From Verrucomicrobiia bacterium (GTDB taxonomy: Bacteria > Methylomirabilota > Methylomirabilia > Rokubacteriales > CSP1-6), in contig DATJIR010000380.1 of assembly GCA_035493135.1 (NCBI GenBank), positions 4,501-68,500 on the forward strand: 64,000 nt of DNA, read 5' to 3'. The position numbers and the translations under genes are program-made. Positions 56,621 to 64,000 of the stretch are shown piece by piece. The notes under the pieces are model-generated. The model ran no database searches. It had not been told where the DNA came from and saw only the letters and a list, made by a program, of their open reading frames with translations. The stretch's first letter is position 1. The number at the start of each line of letters is the position of its first letter.

Positions 56621-58407
56621 CCGTGAACGGCGGCGAGGTCATCGTCGAGTACCTCGCGCGGGAGAAGGTCCCCTACGTCTTCGGTCTCTGCGGTCACGGC
56701 AACGTGGGGCTGCTCGATGCCCTCTACGACCGCACGGACGCCATCCGGACCATCTCGACGCGACACGAGCAGACCGCCGGACACATGGCCGACGCGTACT
56801 TCCGCGTGGCCCACCGCCCGGTCGCGACGCTCACCTCGTGCGGGCCGGGGTCGGCGAACCTGCCCATCGCACTCGCGTGCGCCTTCATGGACTCGTCCGC
56901 GTTCCTCGCGATCACCGGCAACGTTCCGACCTCGCAGTTCAACCGGGCCGCGTTCCAGGAGACGTACCGGCACTTCCAGGCGGACTTCCCGTCGGTCATC
57001 CGTCCGTACGTGAAGCGGAGCTGGCAGCCCACGCGCACCGACATGCTGCCCACCGCGCTCCGGCAGGCGTTCGCCACCATGCTGGGCGGACGGCCCGGCC
57101 CCGTGAACCTCGACGTGCCGTTCAACGTCTTCAAGGAGCCCGCGGACGTCGAAGTCCCCGAGCCGGGCGACTGGCGGGCGGGGATCAGCCCCCGCAGCGG
57201 CGGCGACCCGGAGGCGATCCGGCGGGCGGTCGACCTCCTGCAGACCGCGCGGCGTCCCCTGATCTACGTGGGGCACGGCGTGACCCTCTCCGAGGGGTCG
57301 GACGAGCTGACCACGCTCGCCCATCGCCTGCGGATCCCGGTGATCTTCTCGCCCAACGGCTTCGGCGCGCTGGACATGGCGGATCCGCTGGCGCTGGGCT
57401 TCGTCGGACGCAACGGCGTCTTCCACGCCAACGAGGCCGCCCGCACCTGCGACGTGCTCCTCGCGCTGGGCGTCCGGTTCGACGACCGCTCCAGCAGCTC
57501 CTGGATCCCGGGCTACTCGTTCAACATCCCGCCGACCCGGCTCATCCACGTCGACATCGACGCCGAGGAGATCGGCCGCAACTACCCGGTGCACCTCGGC
57601 ATCGTCGGCGACGCGCGGACCGTGCTGCGCCAGCTTCTCGAGGTGGCGAAGACTGCGCCGCCTCGGGCCGCCGCGCGCGACGCCTGGCTGGCCGACATCG
57701 CGGGGTGGCGCGCCCAGTGGGAGGCGTTCATCCGACCCCAGCGGGAGAGCGAGGTCGAGCCGATCCATCCGCAGCGCGTCGTCCAGGCGCTCCGCGCGGT
57801 GATGCCGGACGACGGCATCATCCTTCCGGACGTCGGCGTCCACCACAACTGGCTCGTCCAGTTCTGGACGGCCCGACGGCCCCGGACGCTGCTCAACAGC
57901 TGGGGCTTCGGGGCCATGGGGTTCGGGGTGTGCGGGGTGCTCGGCGCCAAGCTGGCCGCGCCCGACCGGCCGTGCGTGGCCGTCTGCGGCGACGGCGGCT
58001 TCATGATGCGCCCGGACGTGCTCTGCACCGCCGTCGAGTACGACATTCCCGCGGTGTGGGTCATCTGGAACAACTTCGCCTACGGCGGTATCCGCGACAT
58101 CCAGCTCGGGATGCTGGCCAAGCGCGAGATCGCGACCAGCTTCGTCCGAGAGAAGGACGGCCGGCTGGTCAACCCGGACTTCGTGGCGCTGGCCCGCGCG
58201 TGCGGAGCCGACGGCATCCGCGTGGAGCGCCCGGGCGATCTGGCGGGCGCGCTCGAGCACGCCCTCCAGGCCGCCGCCCCCTTCGTCCTGGACGTGCACG
58301 TGGACCGCGATATCCGGCCGCCGGGGGTGGGCACCTGGGAGCTGCCGCCCCTGCCTTACGGGGAGCCCGCGTTCGGCCAGCGTCGGCTCGCCGCGCCCGA
58401 CGGCTGA
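56617..58407 (+). CDS. thiamine-diphosphate-dependent enzyme (acetolactate synthase / benzoylformate decarboxylase superfamily)
   Basis: The N-terminal Pyr domain has RHEQTAGHMADAY and SCGPGSANL. The ThDP-binding motif is GDGGFMM...WNNFAYGG. GTGA overlap with osmC. Confidence 0.85.
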   Translation: MTVNGGEVIVEYLAREKVPYVFGLCGHGNVGLLDALYDRTDAIRTISTRHEQTAGHMADAYFRVAHRPVATLTSCGPGSANLPIALACAFMDSSAFLAITGNVPTSQFNRAAFQETYRHFQADFPSVIRPYVKRSWQPTRTDMLPTALRQAFATMLGGRPGPVNLDVPFNVFKEPADVEVPEPGDWRAGISPRSGGDPEAIRRAVDLLQTARRPLIYVGHGVTLSEGSDELTTLAHRLRIPVIFSPNGFGALDMADPLALGFVGRNGVFHANEAARTCDVLLALGVRFDDRSSSSWIPGYSFNIPPTRLIHVDIDAEEIGRNYPVHLGIVGDARTVLRQLLEVAKTAPPRAAARDAWLADIAGWRAQWEAFIRPQRESEVEPIHPQRVVQALRAVMPDDGIILPDVGVHHNWLVQFWTARRPRTLLNSWGFGAMGFGVCGVLGAKLAAPDRPCVAVCGDGGFMMRPDVLCTAVEYDIPAVWVIWNNFAYGGIRDIQLGMLAKREIATSFVREKDGRLVNPDFVALARACGADGIRVERPGDLAGALEHALQAAAPFVLDVHVDRDIRPPGVGTWELPPLPYGEPAFGQRRLAAPDG

Positions 58408-58408
58408 T

Positions 58409-60349
58409 ATGGCCAGGTACCCGCTCCTCTTCTCCGCCGGCCGCATCGGTCGCCTGGCGCTCCGGAACCGGATCCTCATGGCGCCCATGGAGAAGAACCT
58501 CGCGCTCCCGACCGGCGCGGTGAGCCGCCGGTACATCGACTACTGCGAGGCGCGCGCGGCCGGGGGCGCCGCGCTCATCCTGCTCGAGTCGATGTACGTT
58601 CACCCGGCCGGCCGGAACCATCGCTACCAGCTCGGCCTCCACGACGACGAGCTGGTCCCCGGCTATCGGCGGCTCATCGAGGCCTGCCAGCGGCACGGCG
58701 CGCTCGTCGGGGCGCAGCTCGAGTTCGCGGGGCGTGAGGCGTCCGCCGCCATCACCGGCACCCAGCCGGTGGCCCCGTCGCCCGTGCCGTGCACCGCCCT
58801 GACCGGCGGGGACGTGCCGCGCCCGCTCGAGATCGAGGAGATCCGCGCTCTCGTGCGCGCGTTCGCGGAGGCGGCCCGCCGTGCCATCGCCGCGGGGTTC
58901 GACGCGGTGGAGATCCACGGGGCGCACGGCTACCTGGTGGGCCAGTTCCTCTCGCCCTACGCCAACCGGCGCGACGACGAGTACGGCGGCGACTTCGAGC
59001 GGCGTCTGCGCTTCCCCCTCGAGGTGATCGCGGCGGTGCGCGAGGTGGTGGGCGAGCGCGTGCCTCTCCTCTACCGGATCAGCGCCGACGAGCACGTGGA
59101 GGGCGGCCTCACGCTCCCGGATGCCTGCCGGATCGCCGGCCGGCTGGAGGCGGGCGGCGTCGATCTGATCGACGTCTCGGCCGGCATCTACGAGTCGGCG
59201 CCGTGGATCGTGCAGCCGATGGAGATGGCCCCGGGGTGCCTGGCCCCGCTGGCGCGGGAGATCCGCCGCCACGTCGGCATCCCGGTGAGCGTGGCGGGAC
59301 GGATCAACGACGCGAGCGTGGCCGAGCACGTCCTCGAGGCCGGCGACGCCGACTTCGTGACCCTGGGGCGCGCCCTGCACGCCGATCCCGCGATGCCGCG
59401 CAAGAGCCGGGAGGGCCGCGAGGACGAGGTCTGCGTCTGCGTGGGCTGCCTGAAGTGCAGCGACCTGCTGGGCCAGAACGAGCCGGTACTCTGCCTGGCG
59501 AACACGCACACCGGGCGGGAGCGGCAGTATGCGATCCGGGGCACGCCGCGGCCGCAGCACGTGCTGGTCGTCGGGGCCGGCCCGGCCGGGCTCGAGGCCG
59601 CGCGCGTGCTCGCCCTCCGCGGGCACGCGGTGACGGTGCTCGAGCGGGCGAGCGAGGTCGGCGGGCAGCTCCGGCTGGCCCGCCTCGTGCCGGGCCGGGC
59701 GGACCTCGCGGGGCTCGCGACCTATCTGGCCGAGGCCGCGACGCGCGCGGGAGCGCGCATCCACCTCGACGTCGAGGCGACGGCGGACGACGTGCTCGCG
59801 CGCCAGCCCGACGCGATCGTGATCGCCACCGGGGCCGGCCCCGGGATCCCGCCCGTCCCCGGCATCGAGCGGAGCCCGGCGGTGGATCCGTTCACGGTGC
59901 TCGGGCGGGCGGCCGGGCCCGTGAAGCGAGCGCTCGTCGTGGGCGGGGGCATGCTGGGCGTCGGGGTGGCCCACGTTCTCGCCGCGCGGGGCACGGAGGT
60001 GATCGTCGTGGAGCCCGGGGGCGAGCTGGCGGGGGAGCTGGGCGTGAGACCGAGGTGGCAGCACGTCGCGGACCTGCGGGCGCGCCGGAACGTGACGATC
60101 CTCCTCGGCGCCACCGTCGAGCAGCTCTATCCCGACGCCGCGCTGGTCCGGCGGGCGGGGGAGGACCTGAAGCTCCGTGACCTGGACCTGGTCGTGCCGA
60201 CGAGACCGATGGTGCCCGCCGCGGATCTCGGCGAGGCGCTCAAGGCGCGCCCCGGCGGCCCCGCCGTCTTCGACATCGGGGATTGCTCGGTGCCGCGCAC
60301 CGCGTTCGAGGCGATGCAGGACGCGGCCGCGCTCGGTCATCGTCTCTGA
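58409..60349 (+). CDS. Old-Yellow-Enzyme/2,4-dienoyl-CoA reductase (FadH)-type flavoprotein with FeS and FAD/NAD(P) domains
   Basis: The OYE barrel has ...RILMAPME... and GFDAVEIHGAHGYLVGQFLSP. The Cys cluster is CVCVGCLKC...C. The Rossmann motif is VLVVGAGPAGLEAA. Confidence 0.9.
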   Translation: MARYPLLFSAGRIGRLALRNRILMAPMEKNLALPTGAVSRRYIDYCEARAAGGAALILLESMYVHPAGRNHRYQLGLHDDELVPGYRRLIEACQRHGALVGAQLEFAGREASAAITGTQPVAPSPVPCTALTGGDVPRPLEIEEIRALVRAFAEAARRAIAAGFDAVEIHGAHGYLVGQFLSPYANRRDDEYGGDFERRLRFPLEVIAAVREVVGERVPLLYRISADEHVEGGLTLPDACRIAGRLEAGGVDLIDVSAGIYESAPWIVQPMEMAPGCLAPLAREIRRHVGIPVSVAGRINDASVAEHVLEAGDADFVTLGRALHADPAMPRKSREGREDEVCVCVGCLKCSDLLGQNEPVLCLANTHTGRERQYAIRGTPRPQHVLVVGAGPAGLEAARVLALRGHAVTVLERASEVGGQLRLARLVPGRADLAGLATYLAEAATRAGARIHLDVEATADDVLARQPDAIVIATGAGPGIPPVPGIERSPAVDPFTVLGRAAGPVKRALVVGGGMLGVGVAHVLAARGTEVIVVEPGGELAGELGVRPRWQHVADLRARRNVTILLGATVEQLYPDAALVRRAGEDLKLRDLDLVVPTRPMVPAADLGEALKARPGGPAVFDIGDCSVPRTAFEAMQDAAALGHRL

Positions 60350-60371
60350 CCGCCCGGCGAGGGAGCCCGTG

Positions 60372-62054
60372 ATGGACGATCGGGAGACCGGCGAGGAGAT
60401 GCGGCAGGCCCGGCAGCGGTGGGAGGTCGCGGTCGGGCCCGCCACCGGGGCCGACCGGGACGCCTCGCGCGGCGGCCAGCACGATCCGGACCTGACCGTG
60501 CGGGCGGTCTACACGCCGGCCGAGGGGACGGGGCGGGACGCCGACTACCTCCGGGACCTCGGGTTCCCGGGCGAGTATCCGTTCACGCGCGGCATCTACC
60601 CCTCGATGTACCGGGGCCGGCTGTGGACGATGCGGCAGTACGCGGGATTCGGGACCGCGCGGGAGACCAACCGGCGATTCCGCTACATGCTCGAGGAGGG
60701 CGTGACCGGGATCAACGTCGCTTTCGACCTCCCCACCCAGCACGGCCTCGATTCGGACGATCCGCGGGCGCAGGGGGAGGTGGGAACCGTGGGGGTGCCG
60801 GTCAGCTCGCTCCGCGATCTCGAGATCCTCTTCGACGGGATCCCCCTCGCGGGGGTCAGTCCGGCCAACGCCATCAATGCGCCGGCCGCGGCGATCCTGG
60901 CCATGTACGTGGCCCTGGCCGAGCGCCAGGGCCTCGCGCGGGATCGGCTCTCCGGCAGCATCCAGAACGACATCCTCAAGGAGTTCTTCGCGCGCGGCAC
61001 CTACATCTTTCCGCCCCGGCCCTCGCTCCGGCTCGTGACGGACGTGCTCGAGTACTGCGCCGAGTCCCTGCCGCGCTGGAACTTCATCAACGTGTGCGGC
61101 TATCACATGCGGGAAGCGGGATCGACGCTGGTGCAGGAGGTGGCCTTCGCCCTCGCCGACGCGGTCGCCTACACCCGGGCGGCCGTCGAGCGGGGGATCG
61201 CGGTGGACCGCTTCGCTCCCCGCTTCGCGTTCAACTTCACCGCCGGCACCAATCTCTTCGAGGAGGCGGCGAAGTTCCGCGCCGCCCGTCGCCTGTGGGC
61301 GCGTCTCATGCGTGAGCACTTCGGGGCGGAGCGGCCCGCGAGCTGGGCCTTCCGCACCGGCGCCGGCTCCGGGGCCAGCCAGCTCACCGCGCAGCAGCCC
61401 GAGAACAACCTCATCCGGGTGACCCTCAACGCGCTGGCCGCCATCCTCGGCGGGGCCCAGTCGCTGCACACGGCCGCCTACGACGAGGCCCTCGCCCTGC
61501 CGACCGAGCGGTCGGTCCGGCTGGCCCTGCGGACCCAGCAGGTGCTGGCCCACGAGGCGGGCCTGACCGAGGTGATCGATCCGCTCGCGGGGTCGTACTA
61601 CGTGGAGACGCTGACGACCGAGATCGAGACGAGCGCGCGGGCGCTCATGGACGAGATCGAGCGCCGCGGCGGCGTGATCGCCGCCATCGAGTCCGGGTGG
61701 ATCCAGCAGCAGATCGCCGACGCTTCCTGGGAGCGCCAGCGACAGATCGAGGCGGGCGAGCGCGTGGTCGTCGGAGTCAACCGGTTCGTCGAGGAGGAGC
61801 CGGTGCGCGTGGACATCCATCGTCATCTCGACGCGGTGGCCGCCGAGCGGGGCGGCGCGCTCCGGGCGCTCCGGGAGGAGCGGGACGCCCACCGGGTGGC
61901 CCACGCCCTCCGCGGGGTGCGGGCGATCGCGGCCGGGGAGGGCAATCTCATGCCGGCGCTCGTGGAGGCGGTGAAGGCCTACGCCACGATCGGCGAGATC
62001 TGCGGGACCCTGCGCGAGGTGTTCGGCGAGTACCGGGCGGCGGCGGTGTACTGA
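60372..62054 (+). CDS. methylmalonyl-CoA mutase-family large (substrate-binding) subunit, no B12-binding domain
   Basis: GEYPFTRGIYPSMYRGRLWTMRQYAGFGTARETNRRF... and ...NVAFDLPTQHGLDSDD are present. The 560 aa length is like the IcmA/HcmA-type split mutases. GAGGGAG lies upstream of ATG 60372. Confidence 0.9.
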   Translation: MDDRETGEEMRQARQRWEVAVGPATGADRDASRGGQHDPDLTVRAVYTPAEGTGRDADYLRDLGFPGEYPFTRGIYPSMYRGRLWTMRQYAGFGTARETNRRFRYMLEEGVTGINVAFDLPTQHGLDSDDPRAQGEVGTVGVPVSSLRDLEILFDGIPLAGVSPANAINAPAAAILAMYVALAERQGLARDRLSGSIQNDILKEFFARGTYIFPPRPSLRLVTDVLEYCAESLPRWNFINVCGYHMREAGSTLVQEVAFALADAVAYTRAAVERGIAVDRFAPRFAFNFTAGTNLFEEAAKFRAARRLWARLMREHFGAERPASWAFRTGAGSGASQLTAQQPENNLIRVTLNALAAILGGAQSLHTAAYDEALALPTERSVRLALRTQQVLAHEAGLTEVIDPLAGSYYVETLTTEIETSARALMDEIERRGGVIAAIESGWIQQQIADASWERQRQIEAGERVVVGVNRFVEEEPVRVDIHRHLDAVAAERGGALRALREERDAHRVAHALRGVRAIAAGEGNLMPALVEAVKAYATIGEICGTLREVFGEYRAAAVY

Positions 62055-62097
62055 CCGGGATGAAGCGCTCGCCCCGAGGTTCAGGGCGCCCAGCGCC

Positions 62098-62140
62098 GGA
62101 GGCGGCGGCGGCCGGTGTCGAGGCCGGCGCCGCCACCTCC
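62098..62140. terminator. long imperfect GC hairpin between convergent genes (possible bidirectional terminator)
   Basis: The arms ggaggcggcggcggccgg / gccggcgccgccacctcc pair over about 16 bp, with one mismatch, one bulge and an 8-nt loop. Confidence 0.4.
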
Positions 62141-62157
62141 CGCGAGACGGGAGCCGT

Positions 62158-63333
62158 CTAGAAGCGCAGCGGGTCGGTCAGGCGCGTCCAGCGCCCGCCC
62201 TTCACCACCGCGAGGAACGACGAGTCGGCGCCCTGGTGCTTGTCGGGCGCGAAGTTGATCTCGGGGCCGTGGAAGATGTCGTGGTAGCCCCGGATCGACT
62301 CCATGGCCCGGACGAAGTTGTCGGTGGTCAGCTCGACGCCCGTCTTCTCGAGCCCGGTCACGGTGAGATCGGCGGCCACGTGCCCGTAGATCGCGCCGAT
62401 GTTCGGGTCGACCTTGTAGCGCTCCTTGTAGCGATCGAACCAGGCCTGCGCCTCCGGGGAGAGGGTGTCGCGATAGGGCATCGCGGTGAGGCCCATGGCG
62501 TAGAAGCCCTCGGTCACCCCGCCCTGGGCGGAGGCCACGAAGAGATCGTAGGAGGCGGCCGAGCCGAGGAAGTCCACGTCGGTCCAGCCGATCTTCCGCG
62601 CGGTGGCGTAGGGGACGATCGAGTCGCGCACGATGGTGCCCATCACCACCAGGTCGCAGCCCGCCGCCTTGAGCTTGGTGACCTGGGCGCTGAAGTCCTG
62701 GTCGGTCGGCTTGTGGGTGACCGTCTCCACCACCTTCAGCTTGAGCTTCTCGGCCTGCATCTGCACGCCGTCGAGCACCTCCTTGCCGAAGTCGGTGTCC
62801 TGGTACATCGCGCACAGGGCCTTCTTGCCCTTCTTGCTCACGAAGTACTGGATGCCGGCCCGCACCTGGTCCACGTAGCTGGCCGCCCCGTAGAACTTGA
62901 GCTTGTGGAAGGGCTCGTACATCGAGCGGGCCGCGGAGAGCGGGAAGAGGTTGGGCACCCCCGCGTCGAACTGGTCCTTGAAGAGCGCGTTGTTCATCGG
63001 AGTGCCGAGCCCGGCCACCATCGCGAAGATGCGGTCGCGGTTGATCAGCTTGGCCCCCGCCTGCACCGCGCGCGGCACCTGGTACTGGGTGTCCTCGACC
63101 ACCAGGCGGATCTTGCGTCCGTGGATGCCGCCCTTGTCGTTGACCTCGTCGAAGCGCATCTTCACCGCGTTCGAGGAGGAGACCCCGTAGGTCGCGGCGG
63201 GACCGGAGAGGTCGGTGTGCATGCCGAGCACGATCTCGGTCTTGGTGACCCCGCGGGTGTCCTTCTGGGCCGCGGCCACCCCGGCCAGGGCCACTGCGGC
63301 CGCCACGGCCGCGATCGTCAGTAGTCGCTTCAT
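62158..63333 (-). CDS. ABC transporter substrate-binding protein, LivJ/branched-chain amino-acid type (family 4)
   Basis: The signal peptide is MKRLLTIAAVAAAVALAGVAAA. ...IVLGMHTDLSGPAATYG... and GGIHGRKIRLVVEDTQY are typical. AAGGAG lies upstream of ATG 63333. Confidence 0.9.
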   Translation of the reverse strand: MKRLLTIAAVAAAVALAGVAAAQKDTRGVTKTEIVLGMHTDLSGPAATYGVSSSNAVKMRFDEVNDKGGIHGRKIRLVVEDTQYQVPRAVQAGAKLINRDRIFAMVAGLGTPMNNALFKDQFDAGVPNLFPLSAARSMYEPFHKLKFYGAASYVDQVRAGIQYFVSKKGKKALCAMYQDTDFGKEVLDGVQMQAEKLKLKVVETVTHKPTDQDFSAQVTKLKAAGCDLVVMGTIVRDSIVPYATARKIGWTDVDFLGSAASYDLFVASAQGGVTEGFYAMGLTAMPYRDTLSPEAQAWFDRYKERYKVDPNIGAIYGHVAADLTVTGLEKTGVELTTDNFVRAMESIRGYHDIFHGPEINFAPDKHQGADSSFLAVVKGGRWTRLTDPLRF

Positions 63334-64000
63334 CACTCGCTCCTTTCGTACATGCTGTCGATCAGGTCCTTGTACTTCACGTTGACGAAGGCGCGCTTCA
63401 GCTTCATGGTGGGGGTGAGCTCCTCGTCCTCCGGCGTGAGGAGCTGCTCGATCAGCCGGAACTTCTTGACCGTCTCCACGCGGGCGAGCTGCCGGTTCAC
63501 CCGCTCGATCTCGCCCCAGATCAGGTCCTGCACCTCGGCCGCCCGGCAGAGGGACGCGAAGTTGCTGAAGGGCACGTTGCGCTCCTGGGCGAACTGGGCC
63601 ACCGTCTCGTGGTCGATCATGACCAGGCAGGAGAGGAACTTCCGCATGTCGCCGATCACCACCGCGTCGGAGATGAAGGGCGAGAACTTCAGCTGGTTCT
63701 CGATCTCGGAGGGGGTCACGTTCTTGCCCCCCGCGGTGATGATGATGTCCTTCATGCGGTCGGTGATCCGCACGAAGCCGTCCGCGTCGATGGTGCCCAC
63801 GTCGCCGGTGTGCAGCCACCCGTCGACCACCGTCTCCGCGGTCTTCTCCGGCTTGCCGTAGTAGCCCAGGAAGACGTGGGGGCCCCGGAGCAGGATCTCG
63901 CCGTCGGGGGAGAGGCGCACCTCGGTATCCGGCCGCGCCACCCCGACGGTGCCGAGCTTGATGTGGTCGGGCGGCATCGCGGTGGCGAGGCCGGTGTTCT
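63333..64000 (-). CDS. AMP-dependent acyl-CoA synthetase (long-chain-fatty-acid-CoA ligase-like), C-terminal part (5' end outside the window)
   Basis: ...GWLHTGDVGTIDADGFVRITDRMKDIIITAGGKNVTPSEIE... and ...TPTMKLKR are AMP-binding core and C-terminal motifs. The frame is open to the window edge. Its stop shares one base with the SBP start. Confidence 0.85.
   Translation of the reverse strand, partial: NTGLATAMPPDHIKLGTVGVARPDTEVRLSPDGEILLRGPHVFLGYYGKPEKTAETVVDGWLHTGDVGTIDADGFVRITDRMKDIIITAGGKNVTPSEIENQLKFSPFISDAVVIGDMRKFLSCLVMIDHETVAQFAQERNVPFSNFASLCRAAEVQDLIWGEIERVNRQLARVETVKKFRLIEQLLTPEDEELTPTMKLKRAFVNVKYKDLIDSMYERSE

Noticed and set aside
56206-60445. The 776-aa and 758-aa antisense ORFs over the ThDP and OYE genes
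   Set aside because: The reason is the same: no motifs, low-complexity composition, and position opposite strongly supported genes.

Overview
This is a very GC-rich bacterial chromosomal segment with strong G/C third-position bias (GC content not computed). It holds roughly 65 protein-coding genes. I recognised no rRNA, tRNA, CRISPR array, transposase, integrase, phage or defence genes. The six-frame track is full of long R/P/G/A-rich shadow ORFs, so I called genes only where the translation shows family motifs or clear codon bias. Many starts were moved to internal ATG/GTG codons with a Shine-Dalgarno sequence or a 4-nt stop/start overlap. There are four themes. (1) From 1 to 38 kb lies a stress or dormancy-like neighbourhood. 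It has 5 universal stress proteins, 5 stand-alone CBS-pair proteins, 2 Hsp20 paralogues, Pcm, PpsA, PfkA, an ADP-forming acetyl-CoA synthetase, MgtA, DUF302-archease-RtcB, DksA/TraR, cytochrome c and a formate/nitrite transporter. At least five intergenic regions there carry perfect sigma-54 -24/-12 elements, and four of them share a 20-bp dyad about 87-107 bp upstream. No activator gene is present in the window. (2) From 43.6 to 62 kb lies a TetR-led, single-strand, tightly coupled run of 17 genes. It encodes a four-subunit benzoyl-CoA-reductase-like (BCR/Bzd-type) enzyme. Its structural pair and its ATPase pair are separated by a three-subunit, signal-less molybdopterin oxidoreductase (PadBCD-like by inference). 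After these come two hemerythrins, a methyltransferase, a Tat-exported beta-propeller, OsmC, a ThDP enzyme, an OYE/FadH-type reductase and an acyl-CoA mutase large subunit. (3) There are lipid oddities: a CDP-archaeol-synthase (CarS)-like gene, an ACP-acyl-AMP ligase-PlsC triple fusion and a PLD-type cardiolipin synthase. (4) Smaller curiosities include a HAD phosphatase fused to a HerA-like P-loop ATPase and abutting mgtA. Two genes appear to start at CTG inside CTGA stop/start overlaps. A cytochrome c C-terminal remnant follows ppsA. A secreted protein is built from 51-bp tandem repeats. Sigma-54 promoters plus a Pal lipoprotein point to a diderm, non-actinobacterial host. The added F420-type Ddn homologue and CarS homologue suggest a Rokubacteria/NC10-like or myxobacterial-type lineage, but this is inference only.
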